A DNA stretch of 64,000 nt from Octopus vulgaris (taxonomy: Eukaryota). The stretch lies in NCBI GenBank assembly GCA_951406725.2, contig OX597817.1:141918001-141982000 (forward strand), given 5' to 3'. A program made the translations under genes and the position numbers. Positions 29,116 through 43,429 of this stretch are shown here, in pieces; the stretch's first letter is position 1; every line of letters starts with the position of its first letter. Under the pieces are notes generated by a model. It was not told the origin of the DNA. It saw only the letters and a list, made by a program, of their open reading frames with translations, and made no database searches.

Positions 29116-30221
29116 TGCAGATGTTTAGATATAAATGTGTGTGTGTGCGTGCTCATAAGTGTGTGTGTGCGTTTGTGCGCTCGTGTGTCTGTGCGCACAT
29201 GCTCGCGAGACTGTGTGTACTTGCGCTTTGTGCGTGTGTGTGTAATTCAATGTAACGATCGGATACCATTTAGAAGCCACTGTATCCTCTAAATCTACAA
29301 AGTAGCCATGGTTGCTACACTTCTTGCTGTTAGTGAGCCATAAACAAATAAATAAAGTAAATACATGAATAAATATAAAAATAAAACAAAATATTAATGG
29401 ATGTTTTATGGGAATTTTTCCAATCGCAAAATGGAATTTGAAATCTACTTTACTCACAGTATGAATATTGCCTATTTTCTTGTATTTAGCAAACGATTGC
29501 TTTGTTTCGTTCGTTATTACATTGTATGGCCATAAATATCTGTTACCTTTTAATGCAATAAGGAAGACGAAATTTGGCGAAATTGTAAAAATAAAATCCC
29601 TTTAGTTGGGATTAAAATCTTAGGTGGATATAATTTAGAAAGTTTCCTACGTTTAAACCATCTACAGATTAATTTGTCTGATTTAGCAAACCTAAACCAC
29701 ATGTCGTATATCATAACGATGTCAAGAGTTAAAAGATTGTTTTTTAAAGAAATAAAGCAGTTGCATACGACGTTTACTGGAAACTACGGCTTTGCACTAA
29801 ATTTCGAAATTCAAAGAATCTGGTTATAAATTTAGGGGACTTCTTTAGAAAAGATGTTCATGACTATATAAGATAAATCATTCTTAAACTGCAGATTCTA
29901 TCAACGTTGTCGTTTAATTGATAGATCTTACAACAATAATAATCCTAATAAATACGTGCAGACACATTTAATGCATACGTATCGTGCCCACTCAAATTTA
30001 AAACAGAGTTAGAAGACTCCAATTGCATATCGAAGACATATACCTACTCAGTCTGTTGATAAGCCCATCAATCTATACATCTTCTGTCGCTGGCTAAATA
30101 TCTATCTCTCTATATATTTCTGTCTGTCCGTCTTTCTATCGATCTATCAATAATCACTCTGCACTTTTTCTTTCTTCTTCCTTCCTTTCTTTCCACTTTC
30201 TGTTTTTCTTTTTTCAAAGCA

Positions 30222-30479
30222 TTTTACTCTTTACTGTTTTACTCTTTTACTTGTTTCAGTCATTTGACTGCGGCCATGCTGGAGCACCGCCTTTAGTCGA
30301 GCAGATCGACCCCAGGACTTATTCTTTGTAAGCCTAGTACTTATTCTATCGAACACTTTTGCCGAACCGTTAAGTGACGGGGACGTAAACACACCAGAAT
30401 CGGTAGTCAAGCGATGTTGAGGGGGACAAACACAGACACACAAACACAGATACACACACAGACACACAGACACACACAC

Positions 30480-30523
<44 letters not shown>

Positions 30524-30682
30524 GACAGGCTTCTTTCAGTTTCTACCAAATCCACTCACAGGGCTTTGGTCGGCCCGAGGCCATAGTAGATGACACTTGC
30601 CCAAGGTGCCACGCAGTGGGAATGAGCCCGGGACCATGAGGTTCGTAAGCAAAATACTTACCACACAGCCACGCCTGTGCCT
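30222..30682 (-). mobile_element. SINE family A, full length
   Basis: Reverse complement of 9380-9862, including (ttttactc)n tail. Confidence 0.88.
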
Positions 30683-31529
30683 ATTATATATTATATGTAT
30701 TATATATTTTACATATAATACATTATCTTAATGCTGATGCCTTACTCTGTCTCCACTTTACGTTTTCTCTCTGGTGTCAAACAGATGAGATAATTGGCTT
30801 GTTTTGTGAAGCAAAATCACAGCATGTTATATAATCCATTGGTCAAATCGACTCAAATGTCGTTGAGGTTACTGTCGGCTGTCATATAGCTTGCAGAGCA
30901 GCTATTTGCATATTCCAAGATATTCAGTTTGTTCGCAGTAGGATGGCCATCTCTGGAGATTGCGTTTGCATTGTTGATCATCTTTCATACAGGATAGAAG
31001 TAGACATTATTTGCTTTGATATTACTGCAATGATTTGTTTGGATATTACCGCAGCTCAGTAGGAGTGGTGCTGTGTTGACCAAGTTTGAAACTGAAAGAA
31101 ATGAGTAAACACATATACATTCCTATGTCTACACTGAAACGATTCTTCTCGCCTCTTCATAGTTTAGAGGATAGCCTCACCGACTTCATTATGGACTAAG
31201 TTATGTTTACTCCAATATCTTTCAGTTTATATACATATCAGAATAGAAAGCTGCAATTTATTGCATGTCTGGATCTGAAGGATCGATATTTCTTTCTGTA
31301 TATTAATATGTTCCGAAGTAAGGGCCTGTGGTACTTGCCATCACTGGGCATCCTGGATCGGCAAAATAAACGAAAACTTTTTAACGTTGTCCCTAGAAAT
31401 TTCAAATTGAAGGCTACAGGAAAAGCATGTGTGGCGTGAAAATTGGAGAAGAGATATACGCTAGATCGTGCTGAAAGATTTGTTACAGGAACGTTAGTGC
31501 TATGCTTGAGGGGGAATGGAGAAACAATA

Positions 31530-31933
31530 TATATTTCTTTACTACTCACAAGGGGCTAAACATAGAGGGGACAAACAAAGGGATTAAGTTGATTACATCG
31601 ACCCCAGTATGGTACTTTATTTATCGGCCCTGAAAGGATAAAAGACAAAGTCGACCACGGCGGAATTTGAACTCAGAACGTAACGGCAGACGAAATACCT
31701 ATTTCTTTACTACCCATAAGGGGCTAAACACAGAGGGGACAAACAAGGACAGACAAACAGATTAAGTGGATTACATCGAACCCAGTGCGTAACTGGTACT
31801 TATTTAATCGACCCCGAATGGATGAAAGGCAAAGTCGACCTTGGCGTAATTTGAACTCAGAACGAAACGGCAGACGAAATACCGCTAAGCATTTCGCCCG
31901 GCGCGCTAACGTTTCTGCCAGCTCGCCGCCTTA
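31530..31933 (-). mobile_element. SINE family B tandem (2 units)
   Basis: Same unit and gacgaaatacc|tatttctttac junction as 12543-13367. Confidence 0.85.
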
Positions 31934-32529
31934 CGGAGAAACAATAGAGATGACTTAGGGAGGAAAGACCATGAATAGTGATATCATAAGTGGAATTAGA
32001 GATTCTACAACTATAGGAACGAGGATCACTGTAACATTGGCAGAAAATAAACAGAGAGAAAACAGTGCATATATAGTTTAGCAAATGGGGGAACCTTTTT
32101 TTAAATTTTTTATTATTTTTTTTTTTTTGAAGAATTGCATATCAATCATACACTTGCGTGTCTGTTAGTACAATACAAATGTTTTGAAATAGTTTGTCGA
32201 TGTTTTAGCATCATAATATTGCCCGTTTGTGAGGTATTTGCCATTAATGCGAACAAACTTGACATTATTGCAATTAAAATTTAAATATTTGTTTGATATA
32301 TCTTCACTGGAGTCACTTGTATTGAAAATAAAATTGATAAAGGGCAATATTTTCAAAACATCTGTAAACAATCTTTATATTGTTCTTTATAAGATTCCTG
32401 ATAATTAAGAATGATAAAGAAATAATTTTTGTCAATGATTTATTATAGGAAACATTTAGATTTACTAGAATAACCTCGCCGAAAGCACTGAACAGCAAAT
32501 AAGAATTATTGCACTTGCTTTACATTCAT

Positions 32530-34245
32530 TCTTTTCTACTCGAGGCACAAGGCCCGACATTTTTGAGGGGAGGATGCTAGTCGATTAGATCAATCCCAGT
32601 ACGCAACTGGTACTTAATCTATCGAACCCGAAAGGATGAAAGGCAAAGTCGACCTTAGCGGAATTTGAAGTCAGAACGTAAAGACAGACGAAATAACGCT
32701 AAACATTTCGCCCGGCGTGCTAAAGTTTCTTATTTCTTTACTGCCCACAAGGGGCTACAAACAGAGAGGACAAAGAAGGACAGACAAACGGATTAAGTCG
32801 ACTATATCGACCCCAGTGCATAAGTGGTACTTATTTAATCGACCCCAAAAGGATGAAAGGCAAAGTCGACCTCGGCGGAATTTGAACTCAGAACGTAGCG
32901 GCAGACGAAATACCTATTTCTTTACTACCCACAAGGGGCTAAACACAGAGGGGACAAACAAGGACAGACAAATGGATTAAGCCGATTATATCTACATCAG
33001 TACGTAACTGGTACTTATTTAATCGACCCCAAAAGGATGAATAGCAAAGTTGACCTCGGAATTTGAACTCAGAACGTAGCGGCAGACGAAATACGGCTAC
33101 GCATTTCGCCCAGTGTGATAACGTTTCTGCCAGTTCACCGCCTAATACTATCCTGATATTCTTTTCTATTCTAGGCACAAGGCCAGAAAATTTTGAGGGG
33201 AGGGTGCTATTCGATTAGATCGACCCCAGTACGAAGCTGGTACTTATTTAATCGACCCCGAAGGGATGAAATGCAAAGTCCGCCTCGACGGAATTTGAAC
33301 TCAGAACGAAAAGACAGATGAACATTTTGTTATAAAGGCGGCGAGCTGGCAGAAGCGTTACCACGCCGGGCGAAATGCGTAGCCGTATTTCGTCTGGCAT
33401 TACGTTGTGAGTTCAAATTCCGCCGTGGTCGACTTTGTCTTTTATCATTTCGGAATTGATTAAACAAGTACCAGTTACGCACTAGGGTCGATATAATCGA
33501 CTTAATCCGTCTGTCTGTCCGTGTTTGTCTTCTCTGTGTTTAGCCCCTTTTGGGTAGTAAAGACATAGGTATTTCGACTGTCTTTGTGCTCTGAGTTCAA
33601 ATTCTGTTGAGGTTGACTTTGCCTTTCATCCTTTCGGGGTCGATAAATTAAATAGCAGCTGCGTACTGGGGTCGATCTAATCGACTGCCTCCCCCCCAAA
33701 ATGTCGAGCCTTGCGCCCAGAGTGGAATAGAATCGTTAGCATTCCGGGCAAATTGCTTAGTGACCTTTTGGCCGTCTTTACGTTCTGAGTTCAAATTTGC
33801 CTTTCATCGTTTCGGGGTCGATAAATTCAGTACCAGTGGAACATTGCTGTCGATATAATCGACACATCTCCTCCTCCAAAATGTATGCCCTTATTACTTT
33901 TTTATTATCATTACTGAACTGGCAGTATCGTCAGCACGTCTAGCGAAAGGCTAAGTGGCATTTCGTTCGTCATTATATTTTGAGTTCGAATTCCGCCAAA
34001 GTCGACTTTGTCATTCCTTCTTCGGAGTTCAATAAAATAAGCATGATTTGAGCACTGGGTTCATTGTAATTTACTTACCCCCTCCCCGAACCTCCTACCC
34101 TCGTGCCAAAATTTGAAACCTATATTATTAACATTATTATTATTACTAAGGCGGCGAGCTGGCAGAATGGTTAGCACGGCGAGCAAAATACTTAGCGGTT
34201 CTGCCGCTATGTTCTGAGTTCAAGTTCCACCGAGATCGACTTTTC
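32530..34245. mobile_element. Dense cluster of SINE family B arrays (32530-33320 minus; 33335-34245 plus)
   Basis: About 9 core units; plus-strand head aggcggcgagctggcagaagcgtta at ~33335. Confidence 0.85.
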
Positions 34246-34638
34246 CGTACATCTAGGGCAGAGAAGCTCATTGTATACATTTCTAGATTACACACGCAAA
34301 TTTACAGGTAAAATATGTATTTAATAAATTCATGAATGGATGTTGTTTTCACAGCGATAATGCTCTTCTCAGTAAATGAGTCGTTCCAGTTAATACGATT
34401 TTTTGCACTTCCTGTAGGGATGGTAAGCCTGGTATCATTTTCAAGTAGGTTTCAGTACTTTTTTTTTTATCATTCCTAGAGATCCTACAATCACTGGTAC
34501 TGTAGTCGCCTTTAGATGCCAGATTTTTTCAGTTTCTATTAGCAAGACTTTATATTTACTGATCTTGCCAAATTCTTTCGCCGCTATATTGTGATCACAA
34601 TATCATCATCGTCGCCGTCGTCGTTGTCGTCGTCGTCG

Positions 34639-34675
<37 letters not shown>

Positions 34676-37141
34676 TATTATTATTATCATTATTATTATT
34701 ATTATTATGATTGGTGGTGGTGCTTTTGTGCAGATGGAAGTGGGGTCATTGCTATTTTTGTTGTTATCATCACCATCATCATCAATACAAATTTATCCTT
34801 CGAGAATTGTATATCAATGTTTTACTTTGCAGATTGATGAGAACGAAGAAGGCAGAGAGCAGTATACTAATACGAAAATAATTTTTGTTTTCAAACACAA
34901 CAGAATCCGAATTTTCAGTAAAAGATGATTTCATAGGTTTGCCAAAATTTTGGTCATTAAATATAAGAAATATTTACAAAATGATTTTTAGAAACCCAAT
35001 CATAAGTGCTACTAATTCTTGGCATTTCGGTTTCGATGCTTATTTATTGTCACGCTGCTTCCTAAATTTAATCATTTGAATAACCCGTTACCTTAAACAT
35101 ACTATTACGTTCTCAGAAACGTCAGCACATAGTGGCATTTTCACACAAAACACGTTATTTCTGAAGATGTTTGTGGCGGTGTGTAATCACTCGTGCTAGA
35201 ATTCGAAGCGAAAGATAATATGTCTGTTCTCTTTATCAATTCTACTAAAATAGCCTCTTCTTCGAAACTACCTCATCTCATGCGTCCTTCGCTCTAGCAG
35301 TTACATCTCACCGCTCGTACTGCTTCCACTTCCTCTGTCCTTTCTTCCCAAAATATCTCAAATTCTCTCCTAAAATATGTCTTCACTTATGTTGTAGACA
35401 TGAAACACTTTCAGTCGAATGTTAATGAAATCAATCGCATCGATCACGGAGACCTGCAAAATCCTTGGGTACATAACCTCGCTCCTTACCAATTAACTAG
35501 AAATGAGCAAATCATATATGTATGTGCCTGTATATGTATCTGTGTCTATATGTGTAGCTATATATGTTTGTCGACAAGTGTATATTTGTGTATGTCTATA
35601 CATCCCGACACAATTTGCCACAATTCATATTTATCGATGTCTTCCTACTTTTCCGTTATCCTCTGATGTATTAATCTATTTATATAATATTTCTTATGTA
35701 AAAGTCGATGCAAAGTTCTACTTATTTATGCCTTTCCATCATCGCAGAAAGGACTTGCCTGAAGGAATGCTTATTAACGTTTCCTGCTGATCAACTACAC
35801 CTCACTACCCTTCTGAAATATATAATATTTAATAAAGAAAATCTCCTGATTTAATTATACCTGAGTTGCAATAAAAATGGCGTCCTCTGTATTATACAAA
35901 CTGCAGTATTAGCCTAAAGGCATGAAAAGCGTTTAATAGAATTTATGGAAGAAATGCATGCCACAATACGATGAATGTCTATCCAGCGTGAGTGGAGGTC
36001 GAAAATGACGTTTAAGCGCTCGACGGCAATACTGATTACAACGGGGAGTTTCGTCCACTTCAAAATATTTAAGTTCTTCTGAAACCTGGAGCATAAATGT
36101 CGTAAAATGTTCACGCAGAGTGCATCGCCGTCGAAGCGCGCAATTGCTTTATTAATATGGATCCCAACTGCGCATATAAGACAAATCTTTAACGAACGAT
36201 AGTGAAGTTACTTGCGATGGAGCAATACAATAAACGCACATACAAGTATATACCTAGACACAAATGCATATATGTGCGTAGGTATATGTATATATTGGTG
36301 GATATACCTGTTATCGAATGTATTTATTTACTAAATATATAGATGTATATATATATATATGTATGTATGTATGTATACATACATATATAATTGTATATGT
36401 ATATATATATATATATATATATACTAGTAGTAGTAGTATTTGCGCTCCTAATGACTTTTCACTGGAGCTCTTAATCCAACAGCTTCATGTAGATTACAGT
36501 GGTGGTCGGCAGCATAAATTTAAATATTAGTGTTGTAGGACTACCCATCCTTGGGAAAGAATCCTGTGTCAGTGTGGACGATAAGCCCCCAGTTTTATAT
36601 AGACTGAAAACCATCTCGTCAGTTAATATCTAACCAACTGTGTATACCACTGACCTGAGCATTTTTATTGCATTTATCTGACACAACCGATGAGATATAC
36701 ATTATGGGACGGCTGAAGCTTTGGAATACACACAGAATTTAAAGATATAAAGAAATAAGAGAAAGAAAAGGAATTTGATGAAATAACGGTTAACGATAGC
36801 TAATATTTTTATCCTTTTCTCCACACATTCTGCTGTGCTCTTTGATTAAGGCTTACTAATCTTTGTCGATATAAAATACGTAAAGAGTGGTTATATATGG
36901 CGACCCAAATTCTTGTTTCAGGTTTCTACTGCAAGGGAGACAATAATAGCGCTTGTCTTTCAGCATCAGTTTGCTGGTAGAACTTGTGACGCGGCCTTTG
37001 ACTTTCCACTTACAGTCCTATATTCTTTTATCTCTTCTGTTAGACTCGCACAAGCTTTGACTGATTTCAATATTTCTAACAACTGGTGATAGTTTACGTA
37101 ACATAGTTTACAAATAATGAAAATTGCACTATGTTTTCATA

Positions 37142-37780
37142 TACAATGTGCATTTCAGAAGTTTTAGACTTTTTGTGGAGAGTCATTTATTAATTTCAAA
37201 CAAGTACAACGCTCTAATCTCCTTCAAAGTGGAATCTTTAATTTTAGTACACTTGTTGTAAAGTCCCCACAGAAGTGCACCAAAATGAAGGCGTCGAGGG
37301 CATTGTCACCATCTTATTCTTCGAAACGACTGCCCCTAAAATTTCTCCTTAAGTTTGGGGACCGACCAAAAGTCTAGGGAGGGTCAGAGACAGTTCTAAT
37401 GACCATCTCCGTCACGTAGTTGGATACCAGCACGCTCTTCACTGACACCCTGAGAAAAAAATTGGCATACATTTCGCCTATGTTCAGATCTACATGAATG
37501 ATTCTTTGTACAGTTGCCACACCAAATCCAACTCGTATTCTTATTGTCTTTATAGGCGCAAAAGGATCTGCATGCAGCGAATTGCGAATTTTCTCAACCA
37601 GTTTTGATATTCTGACGTCACTTTCCCTCCTACGCCTATTATCGGTGCACACATCCTCTCTACCGCGTTTGAAACTCTTGTACCAGCGAAAAGGTTAATC
37701 CCCAAGCAATCTGGAACATTGAAAATGCTTGAGTAATATTTTTGCCCAGCTTAACACAAAACATTATTGCGTGGCAAACC
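37142..37780 (-). mobile_element. Old, internally deleted mariner remnant
   Basis: Minus strand FRWYKSFKRGREDV..D.RR...S.VR....VEKIR....ADP....KTI...VG.GVATVQRIIH.DL (mariner HTH); TIR-like tacaatgtgcatttcagaagttttagactttt at 37142. Confidence 0.7.
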
Positions 37781-38325
37781 TCCGGACGGCCCGACAGCAT
37801 TCTGCAAACTACTCCGCAGTGACAAGGAGTTTGTTAGAGTGTATTCAAAGTTGTTACAGCCGTCTCCTTCGAGTGGAACAACAAAGGTTGGCAGGTGAGG
37901 TTATTAAATCTATAGTAATGATGCACTTTAGTTACAATGATCTAGTAGTTATAACTGTCTCTCCTAAAAAGAGTCTCAAAATGTCTGGCTTTCACATGTT
38001 ATATGTCGGCGTTAGAATATGAGTGTTTCTCTGGGTTCCACCCGCCATATCTGACAACAGGTATTCGTTTGTCTGCATCCCAATAGTTTAGCTGTGCTGC
38101 ATCAAGAAAATGATAGGAAAACAACCTCATTTTAAAATAAGTATTGGTGTACTCATGTATGGGCGCAGCATCATTACTGAAATCTTTATGAGGCTATACT
38201 TATCATATGCGTTAATGCAAGTATCTTCTTTTTTCCGTTTCTCTTTGGCTTATTTCAAGTGTGTTTGTAGATATAGCAACAGATATGCATTGTATAATTA
38301 GGGATATGATAAATCATGAACCCAC

Positions 38326-38396
<71 letters not shown>

Positions 38397-38677
38397 TATG
38401 CGCTACGCACACCCACCCAGCCCCTTGTGTGCACACACGGAAACATTTGTATACAGGAAAGTAGAAGTAAGGAAACTTAGTTACACAATATAGAGAAAAA
38501 TTATGCATACATGATGCAATCCGCACACACACACAATATATATATATATACGTAAATATATTTGATCATACATCTCAACCATTCTTGTAGTTATCAGCAT
38601 ATTTCTCTATTTCCAGGCTTTTCCCTGTATATTTGAGGACACACATATCGCCAAACTTGCTACATGTATATATATAT

Positions 38678-38750
<73 letters not shown>

Positions 38751-40093
38751 TATGTATGTACATATATATATATAAGTATTTATACGTATATGTATATGTG
38801 TGTGTATATGTATATATATATGCATATATGTATACATATATATGAACATATGCGAATACATTTATATTTGTATATATGTTGGTGAAAAAAATATATCTGC
38901 ATACACACACATACATACATACGTACATACATACATATATATATATATGTGTGTGTGTGTGTATGTATGTATATGCATATGCATATGCATATAGGCTCAT
39001 TGCGAATTCCATTCAGCATGGTGACCAAGACATTCGATGCGACGTAGCAGACCGGTTTCTATGGAAACTGAAGATTAGTTCAAGAACCTAAAGAATCTGT
39101 AGCCTCTCTGTCTTTATGAGTTCAAATATGTGTTCGGGTGAGAATGGCGATATGAGATTATATTCCAGCTACTGGAACGTCAGAAGAATCCAGTGCTACG
39201 AATCAATAAAAGACATTATTCCACAGAGTCCACCAGTTGCCTGTTTCAAGCTATCCATTTCTAGTAGTGGTGATAAGTGAGACTTGACACAGGATTGCAC
39301 TGCGGAGGTTTAAAAATACGCTCATTTATATTCATATATCTATACGTATGTGTATATATATGTTTGTGTGCGCGCTTATGAAAGATTGCGACATAAAGAG
39401 AGAATGTGTGTGCTTGTGTGTTTGCTTCGAATACACTCATGCATATTCATAGATCTATACATATGTGTATATATGTGTGTGTGTTTATGAGAGAGTGTGA
39501 GATAAAGAGAGAATGCGTATGCTTGTGTGTATGTGTGTGTTTGCGTCCATGTTGTCCTGAACGGCCCGAATTTTCGACGCTGTAGTATTTGTGTGTAGGC
39601 GTGTGTGTTTGTGTAGGCATGTGTGTGTTGGAAAATGTGATTGTGAATGTCGGTGAGCATGCGTGCGCTTAGTTATATAAACTAAATGAATCCTCCGTCT
39701 CTTTCTACGATGACTATTCTAGTTGTGTTATTGCTGTACTTATTTACTCATTGAACCGTAATTTATACATACATGCACACATCTAAAAAGCTTTAAGCAC
39801 GTTTGGGCTAACAGAGTGAGTAGCTAGGTTGGCCGTTCGAATTACGTTTACCGTCCATCCGACGGGTATCCACCCGGTTGCCGTCTGTCCCGTTTCCAGT
39901 AGTTGGATTAAAGTTCCGTTAAAATTACATATCATTACCTAATCAGGCACATTGCTTAAATATATATATATACAGAGAGAGTGAGGAAAAGAGAGGAAGA
40001 GCGAGAGAGAAAGAAAGGTAGCGATGCAGATATACACAATTAGACTCGATATATATGTGTGTGTATACATATATATATATATATATATGTATG

Positions 40094-40145
<52 letters not shown>

Positions 40146-40849
40146 AGAAATTAAGAAATAAAATGCACACACTTTCATACTTTTAATATATTTTATATTG
40201 TTTGTCGACTGGTTTCGCCTTCACTAATTATGGCATTAAAATTATATTAATTACGTGTGGAGTTCATGAATGTATGATTCAATAAATAGAAAAATCTAAG
40301 AGGAGGCAATTGTGATCGTTATTATTGTTGACAGGGGAAATAATTGTTTATCTTTCAGTGGAGGAGCGGAAATATACAGAAAATTCAAAAGCTAGCGTAG
40401 TTGGGCGAAATATGTACAGTGATGGGTATGTAATCGTGAATTGAAATACATTTAGAGATCTAAAAAAAACCAACGTAGTGTTAGGAGTAATTTTTCTCCA
40501 CAGCAACTAGAAACGTCTAAAAGACTTCCTCTATCTCTCAACCAAGAGACTCAACATACAGATTCTCAGCCTATTTACCCAGACAGCACAACCAACTCCT
40601 CAACATAATTAAGCACCCCAGTAATTTATTCCAACAGAGAAACCCGAACCACGTACTTTCAACCAATTTACTCAGACAGCAACATCAACCTACCCTGCAA
40701 TCCCAATATAATAAATAATAACAATATTAGTACTGATATAATTCATAACAATAATAATACTGATAACGTCTACCAACCAAATTACAGCAAACATATTTTT
40801 AGACCGAGTGGAGAAAAAAAGGGTCACATGTTGAAACAAAACTTACAGG

Positions 40850-41885
40850 CGAAATCCAAAGTAATAAATTTATAAAAGAAAATTCTCTCTGCAACAAAAA
40901 TTAGTATAATAGCTAAATGATTGAAATTTACTCCAACCCCACGAAGATCTAACCATAATGAAATTAAAGACAATATTTCGGAATTCTGCAGAAAATTACG
41001 TCTCACAGAAGCACTATCTGACTATAACAACGAAGATAAGTCACTGGTTAAAAACAGAAGTAATTACCTTACACCTATAGATAGGAATAAAACACTAGAT
41101 GACTTCTGCGACCATATCCAAAATTTCCCATATACTTTCCATAAACGAAAAATTAACTGAAGCCTCAATAATCTAGAACGGAAAAATCTAATTGAACTAC
41201 AATACCACAAAGACCTGATAATTAAAGAAGCACACAAAGGAAGTGCTGTTATTCTGATGGACACAGAATACTACAAAATCTTAGTAGCATCTATGCTAGA
41301 AAACTATGCCTTCTACGAAAAAGGTGTAAACTATATACAACATAAAGAATGAAAAATTTTGAATCCTTAATACTTCTACATTGAGAAGGCCTGACAGAAA
41401 AAGAAATAGATTACATTAGGGGCTTTAAATGTATACCTAAACTTTTTTACGGCCTACCTAAAATACACAAGAGCAAGATAGTTAATGAAACCTGCAAACA
41501 ATCACCAGGCAAATACATAAATATTCAAGCGCCTGAAGACTTAACTTTAAGACCCATTGTAGCTGGCCCAGCCTGTGAAAACCACCGCCTAAGCAATTTT
41601 CTAGACATCCTACTGAAACCCTTGTTGAAATGCATCAAAAGTTTCATAAGAGACGATTTAGACATGCTAGAGCACCTACCAACAACAATTAATGAAGAGG
41701 CAATATTGGTTGCCCTCGATGTCATCAATCTTTACACCAACATCCCCCAAGACTATGGAATAAAAGTAATTAAATTCTGGTTGGAAAATACCCCGAAGTA
41801 CTTCCGGAACGCATAAACAGGTCTTTATTATTGAATATTAAGATTTATACTTCAGAACAATTATTTCCTATTTGATGACACCTCA
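40850..41885 (+). pseudogene. Penelope-like element (PLE) reverse transcriptase N-terminal half, decayed
   Basis: LKFTPTP, FCRKLRL, IIKEAHKGSAVILMD, FYGLPKIHK, LRPIVAGPAC, FLDILLKP, SFIRDDLDML, LDVINLYTNIP are typical PLE RT motifs. Confidence 0.85.
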
Positions 41886-42362
41886 TAAATCTACATATGT
41901 ACGTAACCACCCTTGATGCCGCGGACCTAGTCCCGGATGAAAAATTCAGAGTTTATGCTCAAATTCATTTGAGCAGTACTGCTTGTTTTATACGGAACAT
42001 ATCTAGCACTCACCTCCTACTTGTTTATGTGTGTGTGAGTGTGTTTGTGTGTGTACACAAACACAGTCACACTCACACACACACACATACTCGCTCATAC
42101 ACACACAAACACACACACATACATGCCATGGAACCTAGCCTTTTTCGAAAGCTGTGACTGATGTTTGAAAAGTTACTATGAAGAAACGCTACCTCTGTAG
42201 ATATACCACATCAGGTCTTATGCAGATAATTTATAATGGAATATGTTTATGTATTTGACTTGCAAGAGCCTTGATGTAAAATCGTTAGTTGAAAAAGATT
42301 TTCTTATATTTGGGGATGGTTATTTTGCCAAGAAACATACACACTATTTATTTGATCTTCAC

Positions 42363-42364
<2 letters not shown>

Positions 42365-42445
<81 letters not shown>

Positions 42446-42455
42446 TACTATTATT
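42365..42455. repeat. (ATT)n microsatellite followed by a SINE family B copy (~42456-42620)
   Basis: Direct. Confidence 0.9.
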
Positions 42456-42621
42456 AAGGCGTCGAGCTGGCAGAATCGTTAGCATGCCAAACGAGATGCT
42501 TTGTGGTATTTCGTTTGTGTTCGCGATCTGAGTTCAAAATGCTGCTGGGTCATCCTTTCGGGATCGATAATTAAAGTACCAGTTGCGTAAAATTTCAGGG
42601 CTTGTACCTTCAGTACAATGT

Positions 42622-43400
42622 ATTATTATTCTATGTTTGACTTTTGCTTTGCATTTGTACAAGTTAGATCCAAGTCTCACCCAGAGACCTCCAAAGACAA
42701 CAAGTTAGAAGTTCATGTTGGTGTTATGCCTAGGGTGTCATATATTTGGTTTTGCACATAGTGTTGTTCTACAGAATGTTTAAGAAACCATAAAAAAATT
42801 ATGTTTGTTTTAACATTTGAGTTTACATAGAAAGTATTTTGCGTAGGATATGGGCAGTTCCCATGAGCACAATCTTTTGAATTTCTGCCATTTTGGGGTT
42901 TTCTGGTATCTGAGCTAGGTAGTGATCGGCCCCTTTTGCTATCATTCCCAGGGCACCTATGACAACGGGTATTGTTTTAGTCTTCAGGTTCCACATTTTG
43001 CTAATTTCTATTTCAAAATCTTTATATTTGCTCAGTTTTTAGTAGGTTTTGATAGATACGTTTATATCGATTGGGACAGACATATCAATGAGGAGGCATG
43101 TTCTTTGTCTGAAGTCTTTCAATATAATGTCTAGCCCATTTGGATCTATCTTTCTGTCAGTTTGAGTGGTGAAGTTCCAGAGGAGTAAGATGTGGTCATT
43201 TTCAAGCACTAGAGGTGGTTTGTGTTACCACCAATTTTTTATCATGGGGCAAGTCCAGTCTTTTGCAAATTACCCAGTGAATATATTGTGCAGCTCTATC
43301 ATGCCTGTTGAGATACTCTGTAGGCGCAAGAAGACTGCAGTTGGAGACAATATGATCAATGGTTTCATTTTGTTGTTGACATACACGACATGTATGTCTA
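42622..43400 (-). mobile_element. R4/Dong-clade non-LTR retrotransposon 3' fragment 1 (zinc finger plus restriction-like endonuclease)
   Basis: CRVCQQQNETIDHIVSNC...RHDRAA, LSKYKDFEIEISKMW, PVVIGALG, QKIVLMGTAHILRK; bounded by (TAA)n on both sides. Confidence 0.85.
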
Positions 43401-43429
43401 TTATTATTATTATTATTATTATTATAGAC

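Noticed and set aside
32165-32498. Minus-strand ORFs with a faint LRR-like LNVSYN.SL pattern
   Set aside because: Short, very AT-rich and frame-broken, with no supported repeat periodicity or splice structure.
34822-34925. Good plus-strand splice acceptor (tttactttgcag) followed by IDENEEGREQ
   Set aside because: No strong donor or neighbouring exons; unsupported.
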